Below are positions 22,158 to 35,129 of a DNA stretch of 64,000 nt, piece by piece (within the stretch, counting starts at the first letter, position 1; each line of letters starts with the position of its first letter). Location: positions 14,951,684-15,015,683 of the forward strand of contig NC_057712.1 in NCBI RefSeq assembly GCF_004010195.1, written 5' to 3'. The position numbers and the translations under genes are program-made. The stretch comes from Chiloscyllium plagiosum (Eukaryota). The notes beneath the pieces were generated by a model. It saw only the letters and a program-made list of their open reading frames with translations. It was not told the DNA's origin and ran no database searches.

Positions 22158-22250
22158 GAACCAAAAGAGGAAATGCTGGAAAATCTCAGCATGTCTGGCA
22201 GCATCTGTAAGGAGAGAAAAGAGCTGACGTTTCGAGTCTAACTGACCCTA
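22158..22250 (-). mobile_element. Penelope-derived terminal-repeat fragment with half hammerhead
   Basis: Minus strand gggtc-agtta-gactc-GAAACGTC-agctc...cagatgctgccagac; the CUGANGA half is missing. Confidence 0.65.
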
Positions 22251-23010
22251 ACTGCTGAGCAACTGGGCGAATGGGAGAAGTCTCCTGAGAAGGAGGATGA
22301 GGGCAATGGGGAGGAGGAAGCTTTCCTTCCACATGATAGAGGTCAGCTACAACAGGCATTGCAAACCCAAGGACTTCATTCTCACCCAGTGCCTGGAGAT
22401 GGGGGTTGGGTGCAAAGGCAATTCTGTAATGGGAAGTGGTTATTGATCATCATGCTATCTTTTAATTAGCATTGGGAGGACAACCTGCAACCTCAAATGG
22501 TGCTACATACGCTCACACTTGATGATTGTAAATAAAAGCTCATCTTTGGAACTGCCCATATATTTGCTTGCCTGTGACAGTCTGCCATTGCTCAATAATA
22601 ACATGCTGGTCTGCACTGAGCAATGGAGACAGAGTAGTCATGACTTAGAGGGGTCAGATGAGACCATAACCAAGGACAGGTAAGCTGTGTGTGTGGCCTG
22701 GGGGTTAAACTGGGGCAAAAAAGTGAAGCTGTTTATGCCTGGTAGTTTCAACTATGTGCCACAACAGTGTGTGCTTGGGCTGTTGTCTTATTACATTGCC
22801 AAGTGAAGGACAAAAGTGTTAGCCAGGAATTTGGCTGAGGTTTAAAGATGGCACTGGCACCAGGAATGTCAGTCTATTCTGGGATATCTGGTGAGTGGCG
22901 AGTTTTTCTGGCTAGGGTGAGATGGTAGAATGAGGTTAGCATTAAAGAGAAAGAGAGCCATAGAGGTGGGCTAAGTAGCTAATGAGATGAGCTTTGGACC
23001 AGAGTGGCCT

Positions 23011-23347
23011 GGGCAGAACAGTGGCTCAGTGGTTAACACTGCTGTCTCACAGCGCCAGGGACCCAGGTTTGAATCCAGCCTTTGGGTGACTGCCTGTGTG
23101 GAGTTTGCACATTCTCCCTGTGTCTGTGTGAATTTCCTCTAGATGCTCTACTTTCCTCCTGTAGTCCAAAGATGTGCACGTTAAGTGGATTGGCCATGCT
23201 AAATTGCTCATAGTTGTTTCAAGGGATATGCAAGCTAGGTGGATTAGCCATGGGAAATGCAGGGTTACAGGAAAGGGTGGAATGCTCTTCAGAGGGGCAG
23301 TTTGGCTTTGATGGGCCAAATGACCTGCTTTCAGAGGGATTCTATGA
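23011..23347 (+). mobile_element. HE1-type V-SINE
   Basis: gtggctcagtggttaacactgctgtctcacagcgccagggaccc...tgtgtggagtttgcacattctcc, tail gattctatga. Confidence 0.93.
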
Positions 23348-23889
23348 GAGAAACCCTCTGTGCAACTTACACGTAACCAAAGCATCGTAAAATTCATCCC
23401 AACATCTTGACCAATATTGACCACTAATACTAAGGAGACAGATTTGCTGTTACCAGGGTATTCTTATGCAGATTGGCTACAATGTTTTCTCCCTTACATG
23501 TAACTTCAGAAGTCAAAAACTGTAAACACTTTCCTGTCAAGCTTCTTCCATTTCCTTATTTTTATTCATAACGTACACAGAAAGAGAGGGATTTTTTTCA
23601 AGAAATCAACTTGCTCAGTGCAAAATTTTATTGTCATATTTTAATGCTAATGGAAATTTTGTTTGAAGCTAGTTTCTTAACATAAAGCAAGAAAAATTGC
23701 TGCGCTGGGAAAAATGTTAAAAAGACTTTAAAAAATCTACCTTGATATGGTGTCTTCCATAGAGATGGTGTTTCGTTGATCAAATCACTGATAATCGAGG
23801 CAAAATCATGCAAACTGCATGACTACACTGTAAGTCATCCGAATATAGATATTTTCTAATCAATCTGTAAAGAACGTAACACAACAATA

Positions 23890-24368
23890 AACAGGATCAC
23901 AGGTTGGTCCATTTGGACCTGCTCTACTCCAATAAGATCTTGCCTGATCTAACATTCCTCATATCTACTTAACCCTTGATTGCTCGACTAATCAAGGATC
24001 TACCTCAGCCTTAAATACACACAAGGACTCAGCCCGCAGAGCTCTCTGTAGAAAGGATTTCCAAAGACTCACCACCCTCTGAGAGAAGAAACTCTTCCTC
24101 ATCTTAGTCTTAAATCGACACCCCCTTAATTCTGGGACTACACCGTCTATGCCTGGACTCTCCTATAAGAGGAAATATTGTCTCAGAATTTATCCTGTCA
24201 AGCCCCTTAAGAATCTTCTATGGTTCAATGAGATCACCTCTCAAACTGCTAAACTCGAATGAGTACAGTCCCTTTTGTTCATAAGACAATCCCTCTCTAC
24301 CAGGGATCATCCCAGTGAGCCTTCTCTGAACTGCCTCCAATGAAATGTTATATTTCCTTGAATAAGTG
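23890..24368 (-). mobile_element. CR1 LINE 3' end
   Basis: caccaccctctgagagaagaaactcttcctcatcttagtcttaaat...cttctctgaactgcctccaa, the CR1 ORF2 C-terminus on minus. Confidence 0.8.
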
Positions 24369-24674
24369 ATGTCATTACATACCTGTAAAGTAGGTAGGCT
24401 TTGAACCCAGGTCCTCTAGCTCAGAGGTAGAAACATGATCAGTACACCACAAGAGCCCTGAGTCATGTAGTTATGTAAATAGACAAACATCTGATGAGCT
24501 TTCTGGGACTGAGTTGTGGCAAAAAAATCACAAGACTACAACTGTCTAAAATTAATCCTTTTTTTAAAAGCAACTGTTAACGTTGTTACCTACATCAGCA
24601 TGATTTCTCCTGTTGGGTCATTTTCGTGAAAAATACTTGTGATTATAAGATAAGAAATATAATTTCATACTTAC

Positions 24675-24726
24675 ATGTACTTTCCATTAAAATTAACAAC
24701 AGAACAAGGCAAAGGTTGGAAGCCAT
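24675..24726 (-). CDS. Candidate first coding exon encoding a signal peptide (MASNLCLVLLLILMEST, phase 1)
   Basis: ATG at 24726, hydrophobic core LCLVLLLIL, consensus donor GTAAGT immediately after, in non-repetitive sequence. No downstream exon could be confirmed. Confidence 0.4.
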
Positions 24727-25664
24727 AAAAACGGTCAGGCTCAAAGTTGAATGATTTTCTAGTTTTGAAAGTTTAACAAAAATTCTTCTGCCCCTGTGAT
24801 TGAATCTTCTCACTCCACGTCCACTTGACAGCTTTTTGGAGAACACTTAAGAATGACAAACTCAACAGACGTTGATAGCACGTTGGGACATTTCCTCCTC
24901 ACCAATTGAGTTTTGAGTGAAAACCCAGCCTCAAATTACTGAGATTAAAACTGTCTGCAAGGGCTCCTGTGTGAAGTGCTTTTTTTTGACAATATCAAAT
25001 CTGCTCCTGGCGGGTGTAAGCTGCAGTTCAGACTGCCAATAATTTTCCATTAAACGGAAAGTGACTAAAACGTCAGAAGAATAACGTAGAGAATGAACAT
25101 TTATATATTTGTGTTGTGGGATAAGTTTAAAGCAGTCTGTGGTAATTCGAGATATACCCAGCATGTTGTATCCAAGAATGGTAAATGTTCAGTAGAAAAG
25201 CAATCCACTAGCACTGACATTACTCACTTCAATCAGCGTAAATCAATCTTCAAGCCCTACCTCGTTCTAGTGGTGATTATTGTACTGTGTTGCACTCCCA
25301 GGAAATAGTAAAGAAAAAGTACAGCACCACAGACTGTGAATTGCTACCAAAATCAATATCAACAGTGATAAATATGCATGGGCAATGACAAAGCAAAAAT
25401 AAAATAAATTAAGAAGGACAGGTTTTTCTCTCAACTGAATATTGGTACTGTAACACAATCGAAAGTTAGCAAATATCCGCAATAAGCTGAAAAAGAACAT
25501 AAAAATCTTTTAAAGGAGATCAATGGTACTGCAAATGGTATTTTTCTGGAAAAGATGAAAAGGGCCCAAGTCCTTAGCCACTAGCAATGCATTTCAAATA
25601 TGTTGGCCAGCTTGGGCAGAGCAAAGAAGATGGATTAGCCCAGATGACTGCAATAATGAATACT

Positions 25665-25970
25665 AAGAAAGAACTTGCATTTATAAAGCATTTTTTATAA
25701 CCACAGGAAATCTCAAAACGCTCCACATTCAATACAATACTTATAAAGATTAATCACTGCTGTAGCGGAGAGTTACAGGGAAGTCAATTTATGGAAAACA
25801 AGATCCAAGATACGCCAATATGACAAATGACTGGATCATCCATTTTGTGGTGTTATTTGAGCGATTACCTCTGGCCAGGTTATCTATCTGACCTTTAGAA
25901 TTGAATTTGACATCTTTCATCACCTGAGAAGACAAACTAATTCTCAGGTTAACATCTCACTTGAAAGACC
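25665..25970 (-). mobile_element. Degraded Deu-domain SINE (SacSINE1/AmnSINE1-like)
   Basis: aagaaagaacttgcatttataaagca... tail and ggccagg...cacctgag...ttaacatctcacttgaaagac body on the reverse strand. Confidence 0.6.
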
Positions 25971-27300
25971 TTGAGGTGGGAGGACATATTTTCCAACCTA
26001 AAAATGGTGAGTTGGGGACAGTAAATTAAAAACACAGAATAATTTGAAGCAAGATACAACTTGGCTCTGACAGGCATGGAAATTGCCGATTCATTTTAGC
26101 GTTCACGTAAAGTTGTATGATTTTCTAGGGGTTAGGAAAACATGCCATAGGAAAGGAAGTAAAACTGGAGTGCTCTTGTGGAGCCAGTTCCACTGACAAA
26201 CTTTGAGCAGAAATCACTTGTCAACATAGAGAATTTAGAGGTCCTTCTGAGGAATTTAGAGGTTTTCAAATAGATACCAGCAAGACAGGTTTTAACAACA
26301 GATGGGATGAGAGAGACAGTTGTCTTCTACAACAGAGCAGCTGAGTTACGGAGAGCAATGCCAGGTGACAAGGTATGTCCAAGAGGTAAACAGGAGAGAG
26401 AGGTGTAGAGGAGAGAGGCGACTAAGAGAGGGAAAGGTTTTTACCAGATGTGCACTGTAGATGTTTGGCTTCCTTAACCTTTTGAAAAAGCAGCATGCTG
26501 AGATTTTCATCTTAGAAGATGGCAGATATTTGCAGATTCCTACAAGAACAGCTAATCCCTGATGAATTTTGTTCTGTGAATTTCTCAGAAATGATCTTTA
26601 ATTCATTTACATCTGGTTCCTTCCAAGATGCTGCCAAAGAGACTTTAAGGGTGTCTCAGTCCATGGCACTTATCTATCCATATAATTATCTGACTCAGGG
26701 CTCTTGTGGTGAACCTTATATCTGAGCCAGGAAACCTGGGTTCAAGTCCTACCAACTTCATCGGTGTCCAGTAAGATCTCTGAACATTACTTAAGGATTT
26801 ATATAATTTCATTGGAAGCAGTTCGGAACGGTTCATTTGATGATCCCTGGTATGGAGAGATTGTCATATGAGCAAATGTTAAACAGGTTGAGATTCTACT
26901 CACTGGAAGATGAATGAAGATTGAGAGGTGATCTCATTGAATCAAAACATTGAAATTAATAAGTTTCTGATTGCTCGTCAGAGCTGGGAGTTTTGTAAGC
27001 ATTCACTGTGGTGATAATGAACATATCTATGTCTTTGGCTGTCTTCCTACAGTACAAGCCATCAATTATATAATGTGAAAATTCTGGGATGATTACACAA
27101 CCAGATATTATAACTATAAGGGATATTCATCCATTAATGCACAGCTGAGATACAAATAATAATAAATGCTATCATAAACTTCCAAAATAAGACAGTCCAA
27201 AATGCTCTAGCCTTTTAGTCCAAGAAACAGACTTAATTCCACTACAATAAGGGCCACATAACGAGCTATTATGCCAAAAGCAAGCCATTAGATTGTTGAA

Positions 27301-27418
27301 CAAAAACAGATGTTGCTGGAAAAGCTAAGCAGGTCGGACAGCATCTGTGAAGAGAAATCAGAATTAAAGTTTCAGGTCCATTGACCCTTCCTCAGCATCT
27401 ACAGTTCTTTCGGTTTTT
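27301..27418 (-). mobile_element. Penelope-derived short element with hammerhead remnant
   Basis: TSD attagattgttgaa (27287-27300) / attagattcttgaa (27419-27432); minus strand CTGAGGA-agggtc-aatg-gacct-GAAA-cttt. Confidence 0.75.
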
Positions 27419-27603
27419 ATTAGATTCTTGAAGATGAGCTTGAGCTACCTCGATAGATCTGGAGGAGCTCTCTATACTCATTAGTGTCTCCAGGATGATA
27501 GTTGTGTTCTGCACCTTGAGCAAAGCTGTACAACAGAGACAATTGTAGGGAGAGAAGGGTAAAAGGGAGAAGAATAAAGAAGGGGAGGAATATAATAATC
27601 AGA

Positions 27604-27858
27604 GTTAAAAATCACACAACACCAGATTTTATTTCAACAGGTTTATTAGGAAGCACCAGCTTTTGGAGCGCTGCTGGTTGTGGAGTATAAGATCGTAGAA
27701 CACAGAATTTATGGTAATAGATCTTATACACCACAACCAATTGATGAAGGAGCAGCATTCTGAAAGCTAATGCTTTCAAATAAACCTCTTGGACTATAAC
27801 CTGGTGTTGTGTGATTTTTAACTTTGTATACCCCAGTGTAACACTGGCACCTACAAAT
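27604..27858. mobile_element. Palindromic Penelope-derived element, second family, hammerhead remnant with AGCT palindrome
   Basis: Arms gttaaaaatcacacaacaccag / ctggtgttgtgtgatttttaac; tTGATGA-aggagc-agc-attct-GAAAGCTa at 27741-27769; TSD tataataatcaga / tatgatgatcaga. Confidence 0.75.
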
Positions 27859-28884
27859 TATGATGATCAGATATACATTGCTGGAGCAGCTGTATATGTG
27901 TTGGTCTGGTTCCTCAAAGTGTGGAAGATCCAGTTGATTATTCCAACCAAGACAAATAAATATTGAAAAACAACTCCAGAGCCAATGCATGTCTTCATTG
28001 CTTTGCAATAAACTATTCTTAAATCATGCATGCGTCTTTTCTACATTCATCCAATATGTTCTGTCATGCCTTTCTCATGAAGTAAGTTGGATACTTGGGA
28101 TGTAATAGTGGTCTAACTGTGAACAATGTGGTAGTCTGTACAGTTTATGCCATTTAATTTAACAAAAACATTGATGAAATAAAATTTTATCAAATACATA
28201 TGTGCACACCTTTGGGGAATTAGAATTGCTTTATCTTATACCTTCAATAACTAGCACATACTGCATTCGGTATGGTTTCATTAAGGTAGATCTCAGATTA
28301 CTACACTCACTGTTGAGGTGCCTATGGCCAATGGCCTCTGGATTTTGATGCCTTTGAGGAGTCCACCAGAGACCAATCACTAGCTCCTGTGCAGGGGCAG
28401 ATTCAGCCTTGAAAGATGGGGCATCATGTCAGTTACTGACTAGCACATTAAGTGGAGCTTTCTGCCCTTTATCCTTTCATTGCTTTCAATTTCCATGGCA
28501 ACTGTCACATTACTCCTACTGCCTCAGTCAAGCTTATTAAAGGTCAGGGATGAGTTAAAGGCCATGGTTAAAGCATTTTAAGGAATTTATCATTTTGCTT
28601 CAATGATAGACATGCTAGCCTCCAATACCTGAATGCTAATCATCTTCATTGTCATGTGATATGAGTGCTTGAAATGCCACAGAGGCAGCCAATCACTTTC
28701 CATATTAGACATTCTTGTGACTAGCTGTGCCACCAATCTACCAGCATTTGAGTTGTACTTGTCCAACAACTCCATTTTCAGATTGTTTGTCAGTGTGTCA
28801 GCTCGATTTGGAAATGATTGATATATACACACACAAGCACACACACACATGTGCATCTGCTCCTGCCTATTGGAAAGGCATGGT

Positions 28885-29105
28885 GGTGGAGGTGTTAGCT
28901 TAGATGACTATTTTGCAGTGCAGAGTGACAACAATGGCATGGGCTCAATTCCCATACCAGCTGAGGTTACCATGAAGAACCTTCCACCTCAACCTCTCCC
29001 CTCACTAGAGGTGTAGTGACCCTCGGGTTAAAACCACCACCACCAGTGATTTCTCTTTAATGAAAGAGCAGCCCTATGGTCTGGTAAAACTGTGGCAGCT
29101 TTATC
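28885..29105 (+). mobile_element. tRNA-derived SINE (family also at 47128-47330)
   Basis: B-box-like gggctcaattccc, body gctgaggttaccatgaag...accctcgggttaaaaccaccacca...gagcagccctatg shared with the 47128-47330 copy. Confidence 0.7.
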
Positions 29106-29776
29106 TTGGCTTGGGAACATCAAGAAGATCAATTTACTGTGGACACAAAAAAAGCAAGTATTTGTACTGATGCATGGTTCTACATCCTGAAGACATCCTC
29201 TTAGAAGAAACCATTCTCATCCATCTCCAACATCACTTGACATTTGTGTGGAAGACCCAGAAAACAAAAGAATAGTCTAAAAACTAGATTTGGCAGATCA
29301 ACAATCCTGACAATCATCAAATTCAGCATTCTCATAGTTCAGGTATTGACAAAATAAAGTCAGTATGTGTCAGACAAGGTCTTAATTCTGTTGGCAGGCA
29401 GCTATGAGTTCCTAGTTCTTCTATATTTGACAGATCCAGATGTGTTACACATGTACAGTGTCTTCCTCTGCAGCTGTGAATTGTGCAATGTATGGGTACT
29501 CTTCTTCAAACCTCTTCCTTTACATTTTATACTCTCCATTAAAAAAAAACTCTTAGTGGGGCTTTGGAATGTTGGTTTAGGTTTTTTTTTATATAACTCA
29601 CATTTCAGGAGTGGGACTTGAACACATTAACATTTGACTCAGAAACATGAATGAGCCAAGTTAACACTAAATTGTGATGGCATCACAATAGCGATGAAGT
29701 GAAGCTTTAATTAAAAAATGTATTTTTCAATAAAGTATCAAGTTTGGGCACAAGTTTTTATTCTGCACAAATGCTA

Positions 29777-30070
29777 TTGAATTGAATTGAGTTGAACTGA
29801 ATTTATTGCCACGTGTACCGATGCACAGTGAAAAGCTTTGTCTTGCGAATAATATAGGCACATCACAGAGTTAAGTAGCATTGATAAGTAAATTATAGGT
29901 AAACAGTAGCAAAAACACTGGTACAGGCGAATGTTAAGAGTTTGAGAGTCCATTCAGTATTCTAACAACAGTCAAGTAGAAACTGTAACAAAACTGGCTG
30001 GTGCGTGTGTTCAGGCTTCTGTACCTTCTCCTTGTTGGTAGAGATTGTAGAAAAACATTGCTAGGTGGGA
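29777..30070 (-). mobile_element. Rex1/Babar-like LINE 3' end
   Basis: Minus frame PSNVFLQSLPTRRRYRSLNTRTSQFCYSFYLTVVRILN; (caatt)n-type tail with aataaa. Confidence 0.75.
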
Positions 30071-31009
30071 TTATTTTGTATCTCTAATCTAGCAGCACAT
30101 ATTTCTGACATTCCAGAGATCCTAGGGTTCTTTACTGAAGGTCAATATTTTGCATCTCCATCTAAAATCCTGTTGAAGCTTTTCTCGCATGTTTTGCCTT
30201 TACACCTTCATGTTGACTGATGGAAATATACCTGTATGAAATACATGTTCTGTGCTCCTTACACAAAAGCAAAGGGTTTCAATTCATAGATCAGTGTAGT
30301 CAGAGTGATACACTACACCTGTTTGCACCTGTTAATACCAGACTTCGACCAGATGAAAATCAACCTTGTAGTCTATTGTTGTCTAACTAAATACCTAACC
30401 ATTCAGAAATCTCTTAGCCATTTCTGGACTCTCTCTTTAGTGACCCACTCTACTTGGCTTTCGTGGAGGAAGAAGAGGAGGAAGAGTCAAAGGAGAAGCA
30501 GAAGGGTGTGACAAGCATATGCATATTATTCAGCACCAAATGGTTACCAATTGCCAAAATGTATTCACTGTCTTATTAATGCCAGTACCCCATTAGGCGA
30601 CAGCAGTTGTCCAAAGGAGATCATCTGGGACATAGTTCACAGAGAATCATAGAACGCAATTACAGACATGAGGTATCAGATCGTCCAATATGTGTTGACT
30701 CTTCCAAAAAGTAATCACATTAGCTCCAATCTCAGAATTTCAAGAAGTTTTTTCTTGAAGGTTGCTACTAAATCTGCATTCACTATTTTATTAGGCAGAA
30801 ATTTTCAATTTCTGATAGCTCATTACGAACAATATGATTTTCTGCCGATTGTTGGTATACCAGCTCTGAGATGTCTCTCAGTCTGGTAGCAGCAGTCATA
30901 ATTGCATTCACCCTGTTACACAGAATCTGTTCAGGAAACATCAGGTGATACTCCAACATCATTTTCAAGGGCAGGTGAACATATTGCAGGGGTCAGATTT
31001 GCCTCCTTT

Positions 31010-31365
31010 GAAAGATTTAAGATCCTGAGGGAACTTGGCCAGTTGGATATAGAAAGGATGTTTCCTTTTCTGACAGAATCTAGAACTAGGGATCACAGTT
31101 TTAAAAAATCCCATTTAAACAGGAATGAGGACTTTTTCCCCTCTTGAAGGATTGTCACACTTTGGAATTCCCATCTTCAAAAGGCAGTGGGATGCAGAAA
31201 AATTAAAGATTTTTAAGGCAGAGGTAAATAGATTATTGATTACCGATGGGTTGAAAGATTTTCTGGGAATGCAGGAAGGTGGAGTTGAGGTAACCATCAG
31301 GTCAGCCATGCTCTTACTGAATGGGAGAGCAGATGTGAAGGACCAAGTAGCCTCCTTTATTTTCT
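31010..31365 (+). mobile_element. CR1 LINE 3' end
   Basis: FKILRELGQLDIERMFPFLTESRTRDHSFK, then the CR1 3' UTR. Confidence 0.8.
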
Positions 31366-31584
31366 TGTTTGTATTTTCGTTCAAAAAGCCTCCCGTGCAG
31401 CAATAATACCCTCTGGGCAGCTGTAACAAGCTTAGGTGGGAACTTTGAAGGTTCAGTGGAAGGAAACCTCACAGTAATTGGTCAGTAGCTCCTACAGGTC
31501 CCACAGGCTCAGCAGCTGTCATTGCTGGGACTGTAAGCAGACCCGTGAATAAGACATCATGGAGAGGGAAGGTGAGGGCTTCGT

Positions 31585-31900
31585 GATATTATCACTAATA
31601 TTATTTTAGAAACTCAGGTAATACTTTGGGGAACCAAGCTCAAATCCTGCCACAGTAGAATTTGAATTCAATAAAAATCTGAAAATTAAGCATCTAATGA
31701 TGACCATGAAACCATCGTCAATTGTCATGAGATTAAAAAAAAGGTTCAATAATGTCATTAAAGGAAAGAAACTGCTGTTCTTACCTGGACTGGTCTACAT
31801 GTGACTCTAGAACCTCAACAATGTGATGGACTCTTAATTTCCCTCTGACCTCCACAATTAGGGATGGGCAATAAATGCTGGCCTACATCTCATGAATACA
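31585..31900 (+). mobile_element. tRNA-derived SINE, same family as 977-1333
   Basis: cttacctggactggtctacatgtgactc...caattagggatgggcaataaatgctggcc. Confidence 0.8.
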
Positions 31901-31904
31901 TGCA

Positions 31905-32210
31905 AAATATCCAGAGTTTTTTTCCAGAGGTGAAATGTCTAAAACTAAGGAGTGGGGGGAAAGTGAGGGGGGAAAGTTCAGGGACATATGAGGAGCAAGT
32001 TTTTTTAGGCAGAGATTGGCAGGAGTGTGGAATGTGCTGCTGGGGGGGAGACAGATACATTGGGATGTTCAAGGGACTTTTAGATAAGCACATGAATATG
32101 CAAGGAATGGAGGGATATTGACCATATACAGGCAGAAGGTATTAGTTTAATTTGCCTCATGTTCAGCACAACATCGAAGGGCCCATTCCTGTGCTGTACA
32201 GTTCTATGCA
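31905..32210 (+). mobile_element. CR1 LINE 3' end
   Basis: FFPEV...FKGLLDKHMNMQGMEGY and tail gtgctgtacagttctatg. Confidence 0.75.
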
Positions 32211-32257
32211 ATATTTTCTATCCTGTTCCCCAAAAGAAAATGTCAGTAAAACCCAGG

Positions 32258-32630
32258 ATTTGATTTGACTTATTATTGCTACTTATACTGAGATATAGTG
32301 AAAAGTGTTGTTTGACATGCTCTATAGGCAGATCATACCATATAAGGTGCCTCAGGGAAACAAAGCAGAGTGCAGAATACTGTGCTACTGTAATGAAGAT
32401 GCAGAGAGAGAGATTAACATTAATATTTAAGAGGACTGTTCACAAGTCTGATAACAATGGGGAAGAAGCTGTTCTTGAATCTGTTTGTTCTTGTATTCAA
32501 ACCTTTGTATTATCCGCCAGAAGGAAGAGAGTGGAAGAGTGTATAATCGGGGTGGGAGGGATCGTTTATTATGTTGGTCACTTTCTTGAGGCAGTGGGAA
32601 GTACAGATGGAGTCAGTGGATGGGAAGTTG
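32258..32630 (-). mobile_element. Rex1/Babar-like LINE 3' end (second subfamily)
   Basis: Minus frame YTLFHSLPSGG*YKGLNTRTNRFKNSFFPIVIRLVN; (caaat)n tail. Confidence 0.7.
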
Positions 32631-35129
32631 GTGTTCTGCGTTCAGAACACTCTGTAGGTCTCTCTGTGAATGAAGCAACCTGGTCAGACTCATCCTGAAT
32701 GCCTCAAAATGGAACTCCTGTATAACCCATACATTCACTTCCAAGTATGACTTCTTTTTTAACTAGCCTTTCCCTCTGGGTCATGTATATACTGAGTCTT
32801 TGGGCTGACACTGAGGGAAGACATACCAGAGGGTTTGGAGTCTTGCAGGTTAGAGGGAAAGACAAACATAGAGGCTTTTATCTTAAGGAGCAAGTACCCC
32901 AATATGCAGAGCCATTTCTCAGATAGTACCTCACCTTTTTGGTCATGTTTTTTGTTTACTAGAATTGGTGAAACAGCTGCCTCTACACACTCATCTGCCT
33001 CCAACTGGCCAGTTCTACAATGACAGTGGAGTGCCCTTGCTTATGATCTTGAGTGCCCCTTACTTGAGCAGTGAAGCACCTTCCCTAACCTAAGGCTTAT
33101 TAAAGAGAAATGGTCAGGGATGGATGGCAAAGTGGTGTTCTAAAAGCCATATGTTACATACCCAACCAAAAGCATACCACACAAGGATCCATAAATTCCT
33201 GTGCCTAAACTCACAGCTTGTTGACGGGTGGTAGATGGCCTTTCCATCAGCACTTCCATCTTCATCCTGTTCCACAAGGATACAAGGGCCAATATGATAG
33301 TCGATGGGATTCTCTGGAATGGCAGGATTTCTTAAGTTTCAATAGAGCATTCATGGTCTCCCAATGGCTTTGCTGGTTTACACACAGGAAATGTGCTTAC
33401 TCAGTTAAGGTCTCATATGCATATGACCAGCAGCAACAAACCAACTGTGTGAATATTTGGTTGTCTGAACGTTGCTGTGCCTCACTCAGAACACTCACAA
33501 TGCTAGCAGCCTTTCAAGGCCAAAGTCAAATATCAATCTACCTTGCTAGTGACAAGAACAGTGTGATCCAACCGTAGCCAAGGAAATCTGGGAAATGCTC
33601 CAAGAATCTACCACAGTGAAGTGAGGGCCATTCTTCCACCTACTCACTGAATAAACCAAGAAATGATCAAATCCTGTTTCATGTCTGTCAGTCAGCAGCT
33701 CAGAGAGCTGAGGCACATTTGAGCATTATGTTCAATTTCCCTTTCCTCTCATTTCCCTTATTTCCTCACTGTTTCTGATTATCCCCTGTAATTGTTCATA
33801 ATTCATTGAACTTTATTTCCGCACACATTTTCTCTCCTACCAGCGTCCTGGTATTCTGATCTACAGGTGAAGACATAGAAGATATCTCACAGAAGAAAAT
33901 TAGTTTAAATAACCTATTTCCATTCAGGTGGTAACGAAGTGTCCCACGGGCATGACACAGGCAGGGAAGGTAATTGGGATTAGGCACAGGATGTGAACTT
34001 GCTGTCATAAATATGTGGCAGCGAGCAAAATAAAAACGAGCTGTCATGAAGAACACTTAGGATCTGGCACAGACATTGTGGCAATGAGAAGGATGGGGAC
34101 ATGCCAATGCATTGAATGAACACCATAGCCAGGGAGACCCCAGTTAGAATTGGGAGCTAAAGATGCAGATAATTAGATGTGGTACGTCTTGGTGTTGAAC
34201 TATGCAAGTAAGCTAGTCACATTACTCACACAGAAAAGGAAACTAACTGAAGGAGAAAAGAGGCAGGACTGACACCGCAATGTGTGTTCGTCAAATATTT
34301 GCTACTTTAATCACCAGGGACTCTCAGTTTATCAAGGAAACAAACAACCAACAATGTTGCTTCAAGTTGCAATATCAGATTTCGACCATGTGTCTCTTGG
34401 AATAATAATTACAATACACACAACTCTGTTCTGCTCTTCAATTAATGATTGGTAAATCTCACTTTTCAGATAGAATATTACAGCACGAACAGGTCTTTTA
34501 TGTCTATGCAGTATTTCGTTAAAACAATCCAAAACTAATCATACAGTTGTACTTTCTCCCTATGGCCTTGTATCTTTTTCAGCTGCAAATAATTATCTGC
34601 TCTTCTCTTTAACAATTCAATGGTCAATGCCTCAATTACTCCCTGTGGCAGAGCATTCGCTCATCGAGCAAAGAAATTCTCTCTTCACTCTCTTAATAGG
34701 CAGAAAATCACAAGCTATGGGCCTGTGATTTCCTTCTCTGTGCTGTCTGGGAGCACCTAATCAGGGAAGCAGCCTCTTTATGTGCACATTTGTCTTTGAA
34801 AGGACATAAATGCACTACAGCAGCGTTGGTGAGAGCAACAAGCTGAATTCACTGGAGAAAGGAAAAACAAGAGCAGTCGTTTTCAAACATGTCTGCTTTA
34901 GAAATCCATGATCCCATGGCAGCCCTGGGTTTTTCTGTGCATGAATGCTTCTCAAGAATCTTTGTCAAGTTATGAGACTCCTTCAATCTCTTATCATTTT
35001 GCTAAATATGAATATCTATTTCAATCTAAGAAAAGGTCATCTCTGGGGAGTAATGAGTTAACAGCATCAGTTTGATGCAATGAAGATATGAGATCACTTG
35101 AAGACAGGCATATAGAGAGCGAGCTCATG

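Noticed and set aside
23011-23090. tRNA genes suggested by A/B boxes here and at other SINE heads
   Set aside because: The heads continue into SINE bodies and I could not fold complete cloverleaves.
19700-23864. Minus-strand multi-exon model stitched from 23741-23864, about 20953-21048 and about 19843
   Set aside because: Phases can be made to fit, but the peptide is unrecognisable and such splice-like sites are common in AT-rich DNA.
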